In this document: piece after piece, positions 12,901 through 24,105 of the stretch
Layout of the letters: the number at the start of each line of letters is the position of its first letter
How positions within the stretch are numbered: position 1 is the stretch's first letter
Notes under the pieces: generated by a model
Seen by the model: only the letters and a program-made list of their open reading frames with translations
Told to the model about the DNA's origin: nothing
Database searches by the model: none
DNA from: Psammoneis japonica
Lineage: Eukaryota
Direction: 5' to 3'
Assembly (NCBI GenBank): GCA_008632985.1
Contig: QPGO01000005.1
Coordinates: forward strand, 248,001-312,000
Length of the DNA: 64,000 nt
Program-made: the position numbers and the translations under genes

Positions 12901-15900
12901 CAGACCAAGCAAAATGTGCTGGCTCCAATGGTGTCATTTCATTGGTGCAGCAAGCTCATGTTCACTGTCATGCTGGGTGTTGCTTTGGTGGGTGTTGTTT
13001 GAAATGATTGGCGCTCCTGTGGCTGCTCAAATGCCAACAACATGTCAGTTGACAAAATTGTCATGGTGTGCAAATTGCCTGGCACTGGAGCATGTCTGTG
13101 TCACTGTGAAGCTGCCCCTTTGTTGCCCTTGTTGACTTGCAAAACAAAAAGAAGTGCTTTTGCTCCTTTCCACATGCCAAAATTTGTTCATCGTGGGCTG
13201 CTCTCTGATGTGATGCTGTTCTGCCAGAGATGGTCCATGCACAAATGCTTTGTCATCTCAAGTGGGGTTTGCCATTTTGTTGTGTCCGCAAGCTTTTGCA
13301 CAGCTCCAAAAATGCCATGTGCAAAGCAAAGTGCTCTGACACAAACACTTTGCACAACTTGCACCACATGCTTGAAATGAGGGCACACTCCAATGCAACA
13401 AGCAAGATCCTCTTTTTTTTGGTGTTTGTTGTTCTGAGAATGAGGAGATTCAACCCCAACACAAAGTGTTGTTGAATTTGAGAGCCAAGCTTTTTGTGTC
13501 CTTCTTGTGGGCAGACAAATTGACAAAATTTTCCAGCCACATGAGTGCCTGGTCATCAAGATTTTGCAAACACAGCAACTCAACAGTGTGCCTTTTGCAC
13601 TGCACAAAAAGTGCTTTTGATCTGGCAATGAAAGTGCTCATGCCAGCAGATGCATGAGGAACTGTGCACACCTCAGTCTGTGGTGACACCGCTCTTTGTT
13701 TGTTTTTGGCATGTGGGCCCAGCTGTCAACAACATTGGGTTGCTGCTGTGTGTTTGTTCAGTGCAGTGAGTGCCAGCACATGCTGGTGGCTGGCAAACAC
13801 TGCAACAAAAAAAGCAAGCCAAACAAAAAATGCGCAGCAATTTTTTCATGCCCCCCCCCCCCCCCCCATCGTAAACCCCAACAAGTGCTCACAAAAGGGC
13901 CAGCAAGTGGTGCTGTCATGGGATCTGCAGCAGCAGCCTGAAAGTGCAGCAGCAAACAGCCTCAAAATGTGGAAGTCCATGCTCTTCCTCTGCAGCGCTG
14001 CTGTGGAGTGGCTCTGGCACCTTTGTTGTTCCCATCATTGCAAAATGAAAAGCAGCACGTTTGCTCCTCTGTGAGCCCACCATTGGCAGAATTTTGTTCA
14101 TCATGGGAGAGATTCTTTCTGACATGGAACAAAGCTGCTTTGACAAATGTCACATGATCTGAGCAATGCTCTGTTGTTGTCCAACAGAATTTTGCACCTT
14201 GTGCACAGCATGAAAAACACCCCGCAGTGCAAGTGCCCCACAAGAGAGTCAAAACAGCCCCTGACTTGCCTTGGCTGCTCAAGAAACAAAAGCATTTAAA
14301 AGCAGATGCTTTGCATGATTCCCTGAGTGCTCTGCTTTGGAGTGTGCACTCAAATGCACCAGGTGAGAAGCTTTTGGACAACTCACAAAACCAGGCTTTC
14401 TGTGCATGTTCACACATCAAGCACAATTGCTGCCAAGTCTGCACAAGAAAAATGTGAGAGCTCACATCACAAATGACATGTGCACCCCACCCCAAAAATG
14501 GCACCATGCTGCATCCACAAACTTGGGTGCACTCTTCACAAACCAACACACCCACCTGGGTCAAAAAACAAAGAGCACAGTGATGACTTGGCTTGGTTTC
14601 ACTGCAGGATTCCCCCAAAACTCTCTGAGATTGCCACCTCCTTTTGCCGTGATTTTCCATGGGAAGCATGATTTCCGGGGGGGGGTGCCACAAATTGTGC
14701 TTCACTGCATGCATGCTGCACACATGAATGAAACATTTCACATTGGGAATTCCCCATGCTTCCCTCTTGTGCATTTCTGCACCTTCTGCATGCCGGAACA
14801 CAGGAGCCAGCAAGGATCAGTGAGTCCATCAGGATGTGCAAGCTCCAGCCCAAATCCACGTGTGAGAGCCTGTTGCCGTGCATGGTGCAAACACTGTCAA
14901 ACTTTGCACAGGAATTTGCAGAGGCCTGCGTCAAGCTTCTGATGGGACAAACTTGACATTAAAAATTGTAAAAAACATTGACAACTTTCATTTCCAGAAA
15001 TGTTCAAAAGTTCTGGCGGAAGAATGACAGATGCCATTTTTCCAGAACTTTTGCCTTTCACATGTCAACGCAATTGAAAACACATTCACACACAATGATG
15101 TCAGAGTTTGCGCCATCAAGATCACTCAAAGACTTGTTGTCAAGCATGGCAACACATGTTCCATGCAGCTTGCATGTCCTGATGAACTCACAAATCCTTG
15201 GGAGCCAGACAATCGACCAACCCCGCAACAAAAATGGGCAGCATGCCATGGTGTTCACATCCCATCCATGACAGCTTTTGTCCATCAATCATGACACTGT
15301 TCACTGCATTCAATGACATTGATTGAACGGGGCCCACAGCATAAAATGCATGCTGAGGTGTGATTGCTCATGTGCAAAATGCCAGAGCAAATTGAGTCAT
15401 CAGTCGTCAGTTGTTCTTTTGTCGTGCAGCCCAAAATGCAGGCGACAAGGCGTGCATTGAAGGCCAAGGCAAAAGCAGAACCGTGCATGTCCAATGGCGA
15501 CAATGTGGCAGATTGAATGTTCACCCTCATTCTTCCAATTCACACATCTCATGTGCAAAATGAAGGGGGTCATTTGGATTGCTCCTTTGTCATGCACTCA
15601 GAAAGGCAAGCCATGAGGCGTCTGAAGTGAAGGACAAGGCAAAAGTGTGACTGCACATGGTTGAAGAAAATGTGGCAGATTGATTGACAATGATTGTTCT
15701 TCCCTTTGACCCATCTCATGTGCAGAACAAAGTTGATTTTTCCCTTTCTTGTGTTGTGTGGCCCCAGCAAATGCAAACAGCAAGTGCTCTGGAACAAAGG
15801 CTGGGGCACAAATGGAGCCGCATGTGAGCAATGTCAATGTGCATGATTCAACAGCAAAGAGATTGTTCTTCCCTTGCTCTGCCACAGTCCAAGGGGCCGC

Positions 15901-18900
15901 GTTGTGTTGATTTGTCGATGCATCCATGTCATGGTCGTTGTCCCGCTGGATGAAACAAGATGAAAGCACCGCCGCCCAACCCAAATGAAATGGGAGCTGC
16001 CGCAATGCACTCATTTTTTGTTCCCCTCCTTGAGCCCTTTCAGTCATTCCTTTCTGCTGAATTGCCCTCATTTCCTGGGGATTCTCCAAAAGGGCAAGGC
16101 AATCCCCCCTTGCCCTTGCCATTTTGGGGAATCCCCAAATGGATGATGAAACCAAGCTGAGAGTGATGACAGAGGTGCAAGCGACATTGCTGCTGCCAAT
16201 TTGGCGACATTTTCAAATGTTGATTTTTGCTGCTTGCAGGGCATCATTTTGAGCCTCTTGACCCAAGGCATTTCTGATGTTTCTTTCTCTTTCTCAAGTT
16301 TCACAGTGGGACTAAAAAACACTCAAGCCCTTTTCCAGCCTCTGCGCCCAAAAGTGGTTTTCATGTTCTCCATCCAATTGCTTCAATTTGTGTGTGTTGG
16401 GCACAAAAAAAACATCAATGTCAAATGACGAGCTGGCTGTGTGTCAAAAATGATGCAACAAATTGCAGCAAGCATCAGCAAATGGTGCACCTCCCTGCCT
16501 CTTCACTTGCCATGAGGTGCAAGAAATCTCCATTGCTCTTTTGTGGGTGTGCTCCAGCCACGCACAAAAGCGTGCATTAAAAAAAGACATTGTTCTGCAA
16601 TTTTTGCATGGTTGCCAACTTTCGATCAGACTGTTGAGCAGAAAACATGTGGCTGATTTGGTGTGCTGCCAACAAGGCCCCCCACATCATGCAAGCAAAA
16701 ACGCTGCTCCTCATCTCCCATTTTTGTTGTGCCCAGCTGCGGCATCATGGCACAAAGGGTCATTGACCTCAAGAGCAAAGTTTGGTTTGTGTCCTTGTGG
16801 GCAAAAAAACTGATGGAAGCTCCCAGCTCTTGTTCACACATTTGTTCATGCACTGGGGGGCCCACAACACTTGCAAACTGGTTTTTTTATTGCCTTGCAC
16901 AAAGAGTGCTTCCAAACTGGTGACAAACTTCTCATGCCACAAGACATGTGGAATCTGCATGGATTGCTGCACGTTTTTTGCACAAGTGGCAGCAAAACAG
17001 TGCGCAATTGGCTTTGGCAACTTTTCTCAACTTTTTGACTGCAGAGGTGACAGTTTTTGCAGGACTTGTTGATGCATCTCTGGAAAGGAGCCAGCACACC
17101 AGGTTGCCAAAGCAGATCTGCAAGACAGAAAAACATCCATGTGAGCTGAGTCAGATGTGGCAGATTTGATGGCATCACATTTGTGTTGAATGAATTTAGA
17201 GTGTGGGGTCAAAATGCCCTGAGAACACAGCACAATTTTTTTTTCTCTCTCTCTTGAAAGTTGCTGAAAAATCACCACGGGAGGTCATTTGCAGTTGTTG
17301 ACCTGAGCACAAAAGAGAAATGGTGTCCACAGACCAAGCAAAATGTGCCAGCTCCAATGGCATCATTTTTGTCACCACAAAGTTAAAAGTGGCCACTGTT
17401 GTGCAGTGCAAACATGTCCATTGTCATGCTGGGCACTGCTTGTTTGGGTGCAATTTGCTTCTTGTTGTTGAGGACATGACCCCCTTGGAGTTTGCACAAG
17501 GCACAAGGCAATCAACTTTTTGATGCCAACATTCTGGGTGATTGGCTGCACTTGAATGCCAAGAACAGCATGTCAGTTGATGCAATTGTCACAATGTGCA
17601 TTGCCGGCCTGGCGCTGGAGCATGCATGTGCTGCCACAAAGAAGTCACCTGCCTTTGCCACCCTTGTTTCAAAACGAATTAGCGCCTTTCCAATGCTGCT
17701 CTGCAAGATGTGTTCTGAACAAAGTGCTTCATCATCATCAAACAGAATTTGTTTTTTTGTTGTGCACAGGTGCTTTTGTGCAGCACCAACAATGCCCCAC
17801 GACAAATGCTGCATGAGATGCAAAAACAACCCCTGGCTTGTTCCAGCCATGTGCAAAGCAAAAGTGGTGGAAGCAAAGCTGACATTTTGCACAACTTTGC
17901 ACATGTTCTGCAGCAGGCAAGCAAGGGTGCACTCCAACACAGGCAAGACCCTTCTCTGTGTTGCAAAGCACTCATTTTTGGGTGCTTGTTTGTTCTGAAC
18001 AAGGAAACTCAAAACCCCAGCACAAAGCATTGTTGATTTTGAGAGCAAAGCTTTGTTTCTTGTTCCCACGGACAGACAACCAACAAGTTTTCCAGCAGCT
18101 GCACAAAAGGCTGGTCATCAAGAATTTCTTGCAACACAACAAAATTTGCAGGAGCACACTTTTTGCATTGCACAAAGAGTGCTTTTGACCCAGTGACAAA
18201 AATGCTCATGACAGCAGACAAATGCAAGGACCTTTTGCACACCTGGGCTCTGCACATGGAGCTCTGTGTGAAAGAAGTGTCGCCACAGCAGCGTGCAACC
18301 AGTTGCCAGGATCAACTGCAATCAGCCTCACTTTGATTGCAGTTGCTGTCACAAACTCAATTGCAATGACCTGATTGTCGGGAAAGAGCCAAGAGGTTGC
18401 AATCACAATCAACTGTTGCAATCGATTGCAGTCAAAATTTGAGCTCTTTTTCCAGATGAAATCAGCAAAATGGCTCAGCTTCTTTGCCTGTGGTGGGCTT
18501 CTTCCTTTTCTCCTGCATGAAGTGTGCTCATGCACAAAGGGTGCCCCTGCATGGGGGGTGCACCTGGCCGGCAGGGTGGTTGCAGTCACGATTGCAGCCA
18601 ATCTGTTTGTCAGACCATGCAATTGCTGCGCGACTGCAATCAACCAATTGCTGCTCCGCAGTGATGCAATCGACTGACTGCAATCTGATTGCTGCTGAAA
18701 ACTTTGCAGCTGGTCAACACTGGTGCACAGTTGTTTTTGACAATTTTTTTGACTTTGTGACCACAGAAGTGGTGCCAGCTGACAAGGTCATGAAGCCAGC
18801 ACAGCTTGTGCTGCGCAAAAGGAAATGGCAGAACACTGCGCAGCTCTTGCCAAAATGTTCTTGTTGTGCTCTACAAAGTTTTTTTGTGTGTTGTGCCACG

Positions 18901-19720
18901 CGCAAACAAGCCAGCATGCATGGCTGAGGTGGTTGAGCTGAACCAGCATGACACATCAGCAGCCATGTGGCCTGACTCGTCCGCCTCTCAGGTGTGCAGA
19001 AAATTTGATGTGGGGGCTCATTTGTGCACAAGTTTTTTCAGAGTGCAAGAGCAAGGGGCAAAATGGCTCAAGAAAAGAACACAAAAACTTTCATTTGAAA
19101 GTTTCTGAGAAAACACTTTTCAAGTCTGTCACTGCTGTGCTGGTCAAAAAAAAAATGGCCAGTTCAGACAGCATCATTTTTGCTGTCATGAGGCAGAATT
19201 TTGACTCAGCTGTGGGAAGTCATCATGTCAATTGTCCTTGCTGTTTGTGCTGTGCTGGGCACTTGCTTCTCTGTGCTGTTTTTCTTGTCACATGCTGCAG
19301 CTGTGGTGCAATGAACAATGGCAATCTTGGGCAGACATGCACGCTGCATGAGAAAAAAAAATGACACAAAATTTGTCGACTTTTTTGCATTTGATGCCTC
19401 CATTTCACACACAGAAACACGAGGTTGTCACACATTGGAGAAGCGCAAAAAAAAAGATCAGGTGGAAAAGAAAGAGCACAAGCCAGTGCAACAAGCACAC
19501 TTGCAAAGACAAACACAGCAAGTGCTTTTGCACACCACATCGCTGCAAACTGCCACAGAGCAAGTGTCATTTTTGCTCTTTTGTGCCTCTCTGCCGCCGT
19601 CATTGAGAGATGTGCTTTTCTTTGGAGGGGCTTTGTTTTTGTTGTGGCACTTTTGTGCTGCACCTGAGTGTGTGCACTCACACCAAAGTCCTGTGATGTC
19701 ATTCTGAGAGATGTTCTGAG
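9990..19720. repeat. Array of diverged ~1.3-kb units (at least 5 copies), possibly a decayed tandem gene family
   Basis: Marker 'ttg..(t)tgagagcaaag' near 10885, 12208, 13469, 16761 and 18030. Marker 'tgcacaaagagtgctt' near 11020, 12343, 13601, 16896 and 18169. Segments near 9990 and 16390 also match. Confidence 0.75.
18300..18722. mobile_element. MITE-like element with palindromic subterminal motifs (hAT-like ends)
   Basis: Ends cagttgccag / ctggtcaacactg. Many tgcaatc/gattgca motifs, including gcaatcgattgc at 18418-18429. It interrupts one array unit and is flanked by a repeated gtgca. Confidence 0.5.
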
Positions 19721-20375
19721 CAACGTTTTGCTGTGGTCAAACATGATTTTGTGTTCACAGGTTTTCACAGTGCTGGGAACACCACCCTGCACAGCAGGTG
19801 CTTGAAGAGAGGAAGGGCCCCACACCTTTCCTTTTGGCAATTCTCCAACCTGTTGTCCAGCCCCAAGAAGGGTGAAGATTGATGGTCAATGCTCCCCGGC
19901 AGGACTGTTTCACGCACCTTTAGCAATGGTGCATCCGATGTTTTTACGGTGCAGTTAGTACAGCACGGTGTTGCCGGGGACAAACAGAAATGAGAGATGA
20001 CATAAATCTTTGCCGATTTTCGTTAAAAGACATTTTGGATCGAGAATTCTGGGACTGATTTCCAATGTGCACAGGTAGCACACGTGGAAAAGACAAAAGC
20101 AAAATATCACCGAAAACCTTATTTTTTAATGCTCTAGCTGTTTATTACTTATTGAGGGACATTTAGATTGCTGACTGTCAAATACGAACAACTGCGCAAG
20201 TCACAGAAATGAAGGCAAACACGCGAAGTCGTCATTCTACCGAATTTCAGCCGAAGACAACATTATGGATACTAGTGTCGTACCTAAAGGGGAGGAAAGC
20301 TCACATTGATTGCCGGTAGCACGACTACGTCTCAATTCGCGATTTACCACATCGTGCATCCAACAATTTTTCACG

Positions 20376-23300
20376 ATGAGAATACCACGTTTTCTGTCTC
20401 TGGTGGCGATGTCATCGCTCTTAGCGGAGTCAAATTCAAAGCGAAGCGAAGGCTGCAAAAGAGGTAGCTTAAGCCTCGACGGCTTCGATGATGCAGTGCA
20501 GGTTGAGACTGTGCTAAAATTTATTGCAATGGGAGATACACCTTATTCGATACAGGAGAGGTTATGTTTGGGAGCCGAATTACGTGATCTAGATCTTTCT
20601 TCTTCGAAAGACTCACCCGCTTTCATGATTCACGTTGGAGACATCAAAGAAGGCTCAGGGAGATGGCCTTGCGACGAAGAAGCGTACAATGACGTAGCTG
20701 AGATCTTTTACAACAAGACGAATGCAATAAACTACGACCCTCGAGATTGTTTCTTTGTACCAGGAGACAACGAATGGTGAGTCCATCCGTCAGTCTCTCA
20801 TCGCGACGTTCGTTATGTTATTAACGCAATCATCAATTTTTCTCGTGATCTATCACAAAACAGGGTCGATTGTAGAAATCCAGAAAAGGCGTGGGACTTC
20901 TGGATGAAGCATTTTGGCCCGGCAAACCCCTATGGCTTCGGGACATTGTCATCCGGAAACGTTAAAGTTGAACGGCAGGTTGGCGTAGAAAGGCTTCCAG
21001 GTGTAAATAGAGCAGAAAACTTTGCATTCTTTATGGATAGCATACTGTTCATAGGGCTCAACATCGTTGGTGGTGCGGAGGATTTCGGTACGTATTGACA
21101 CAAAGTGTATGATATCTATTGTGATATGAACGCCTTGGATCACGGCTCCCTCACCTCAAACATTTTGCCAGGGGACGAGCCGATTAGACTGGCACAAAAC
21201 TATGAGTGGGTAAAGACCAACCTTCGCAAATACAATAAGAAAGGGATGAAGGCGGCAGCTCTCTTTGGACACGCTCCGTTGAAAGGTGTTAGGTATCAAT
21301 ACTTTGGTAGCGACTTTTTCTCCCTTCTCCGCAAACAGTACCCTGACCTTCCCGTGATGTATCTTCGAGGTGACAGCGTAAGTCCCTCGCTGCTCTCTCT
21401 GTTGCTTTCCGATTCATCTCTGTGCCACTCACTCCCTGGGTATCTTTTCCGCATTCAGCACAACTTCTGTGTTCGATATCCCGACCCACTTAACCAAAAT
21501 ATCGTGGACGTAGAAGTGGACGGAAATAATCTCGCTCCTCCCATAGAAGTGACGATCAAAAGAAACAGGAGAAATGACCAGTATGCTTTTTCAATAGACC
21601 GACGGGGAGGACTGTACGATCCTGCTGTTGGGTGCCCGTCCACCATAGAACAAACATGGAAATCGCCACCTGCAAAACTTACCACTGTGGGTCACATGCA
21701 AGATGATCCAGACATTTATCCGCTTTCTGCTTGCCGCGGGACATGTAAGAAGGACATGCAATGCCAGCCTGGCCTCTCATGCTACATTCGAACTGCGTCT
21801 GAACCAATACCTGGATGTTCTGGGGCTGGTCGAGCACGTAGAAACTACTGCTACGACCCAACTTCAGGAAAGGAGAAACCGAAGAAGCAAAAACCAACAA
21901 CTATTCTCCCGCCGCCAAAGGAGACTGGGCCAGCAAATGAAAACAAGAAGAAACAGAAGAGAAAGCAAAAACCAATAACAATACTCCAGCCGCCAAAGGA
22001 GAGTGGGCCAGCAAATGAAAACAAAAAGAAACAGAAGAGAAGAAAGAAGCGAAAGCAAAAGAAGACCAAACCAGGCGGTACATCTTCAGTAGCAGAGAAA
22101 AGAACACCAACTGGACGGCCGAGCCAAAAAACAAATGTAGGGCTTCCCAAACTTTCAATTGTTGCTGAAGACGCAGCCTCATATTCATTAGGCGTTTGCG
22201 AAGGAAACTGTGGCCGAACATCTGACTGTAAGCCTGGCTTACTCTGCTACAAAAGGAAAAAAGAGGAAGGGGAAAGTGGGAGAGACGATGTCCCGGGATG
22301 CGCTTCCGGAGGTCCTGGGGACATCAGAGGCAAGGATTACTGCTACTTGCCTCATCCTGATCTTCTTGTTCGTCTTGGAAGGAATGGAGAGCCAGCCTTG
22401 AACTATCCACTTCGCCGATGTACAGGAGATTGCGATTCGGACAAGGGTAAGGCGCAATAGGTTGAAAGTTTGACTAAAACCATCGCTCACATTGAAGCGA
22501 CTCTCAAAAAATTTTCTTGCTTTGTCAATATCCACAAAGACTGCCAGAAAGGTTTGAGATGCTATAAACGCAGAGGATCCGGCCCAGTGCCTGGTTGTCG
22601 CGGAGTAGGAGATAAGGGGGTCGGTTATTGCTATGACTCAGCTGTGGGCGTGTTGCCTCCCCCTCTCGAAAAGATAGAAATACCTAGAAAGCGAAGCCCA
22701 GCTACTGTCCCAGCACCTGTGCCAACAAGGAGCCCGACGTTGCCACGATACAAAATCGTTTCGTGGAATGTCGTTGAAGGAGATAAGTTAGGGGTCTGTA
22801 AGGGCGAGTAAGTGTTCGTCTACTATTATTTGTCATTTACTTCCGTTGCTGTTGAGCGACGAACTCACTTTGTCTCCACTACAGTTGTGATAAGGATGCA
22901 GAGTGTGAGCCCGGTTTAATGTGTTACCTTCGCCACGAAGCTGAGTCTATGGTACCGGGATGCGTTGGCGATCCGAGCAAGAAACATGACTATTGTTATA
23001 GACCGCCGGCCAACGACAAAAATTTAGCTCTTTTCGGTGAAGGCGGTAGGCCGAAAGAGGTTTATCCCTTGGGTTTGTGCAAGGGAGAGTACGTCTGAAA
23101 TCGTGTACTTTTTTTGTGGTTTGCTTCCTGTTAGGGCGCTGACCTAACTCTTGTCCTCATTGCTTACAGCTGCAGCGACGATTCAGATTGTAAAGGCAAG
23201 TTGAAGTGTTATCATCGGGACGCAATTGAAATCCCTGGGTGTGTTGGGAGAGGCAGGAAGGGCCGAGGCTATGTAAGTTACCTGCATTCTCTTGCTTTGT

Positions 23301-23398
23301 GGCTTCCAAATGCATTTTCGGCACCACTTCTTACCTGCGTGTTGGCTCTCCCACCCTTTGTATTTTTATTTCAGTGCTATAACCCGAAGTTGAGCTAA
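20376..23398 (+). CDS. Secreted calcineurin-like metallophosphoesterase fused to a Lys/Pro-rich linker and five frustulin-like (ACR-type) Cys-rich domains; 8 exons
   Basis: Signal peptide MRIPRFLSLVAMSSLLA. Motifs MGDTPY, HVGDIK, VPGDNEW, FGH and GDSH. GT-AG introns at about 20777-20863, 21088-21170, 21378-21458, 22447-22539, 22808-22884, 23088-23170 and 23273-23374. Five C-x-G-x-C...C..GL.CY.R...PGC.G...YCY repeats. Confidence 0.85.
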
Positions 23399-24105
23399 AT
23401 AGAGCATACAATGAATTCATAAAAAAAGATGGAAACGGAAAGTTACGACAGGTGGGAAGCGACAGTACTGTACCCTGTTCACAGTAAACCAAACGAAGAG
23501 TACTTTTTGTAACACTCATCACACAACTACCTACCCAAAGATCTCGGTTCCTTTATTGCAACTCTAACGGTCAAGGTTGGAAGCGGATTCGCAATTAGCA
23601 CTCGAATCTGCAAAGTCATCTGTCTGCCAACGAAGTTTCTTACTGTTCTTCTCCTTAAGTGGCAGCACCGAGAATGATCCAACTGGGACTGGGTATGCTC
23701 GTAGTAGAAGTAACAAACAAGACTCTAGGTAGAGATTTGTTCTCTTCAAGCCGTTACGAAGAGACGAAGAATCTCCCGATTCTGGATGCACAGCACAGTC
23801 ACAAAATTTTCTCGACTTTTCTCTATTGAAACTGTTCTTTGTCTAGTCTTCCCCTTCAATGCACCATTAAGCCCGCACGACTGTTACCCCAGTAACACTT
23901 CCGTCACTGCAATGCTCTTCTTTCTCGTCGCTAATGCTCTTCAATTCACCCGCCAATTTTCGACGTCGGACGCGAGGTGTCAAGTCTATGGTACTCTCAG
24001 GTATTCTTCCTTGCTACAATCCAGAGTTTAGCTAATCGCAGACCACAAAATGCCTTCAACAGTATTTAGAACTTTTAAGCAACCATCCTCACAGAAAGGT
24101 TGGAA

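Larger units (their letters stand above)
480..19920. other. Repeat-rich block A, depleted of TpA and CpG and enriched in TpG/CpA (hypermutated, heterochromatin-like domain)
   Basis: By eye there is no TA dinucleotide in 8800-9960 and about 9 CG in 9121-9960. ORFs here almost lack Tyr and are rich in Cys/His. Normal TA/CG content returns abruptly at about 19920. Confidence 0.9.

Noticed and set aside
500..19900. Very dense overlapping ORFs in all six frames (also 33.4-43.5 kb), including a Cys-rich 348-aa ORF at 1229-2275
   Set aside because: Artefact of TA loss. TAA/TAG stops are missing, so only TGA closes frames. The Cys/His/Gln richness mirrors the TG/CA excess.
500..19900. Alternative genetic code or foreign (viral/HGT) insert as the cause of the composition
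   Set aside because: The bias affects non-coding repeats, TIRs and LTRs equally, fades gradually into a gene, and is seen between paralogous copies. No viral hallmark genes were recognised.
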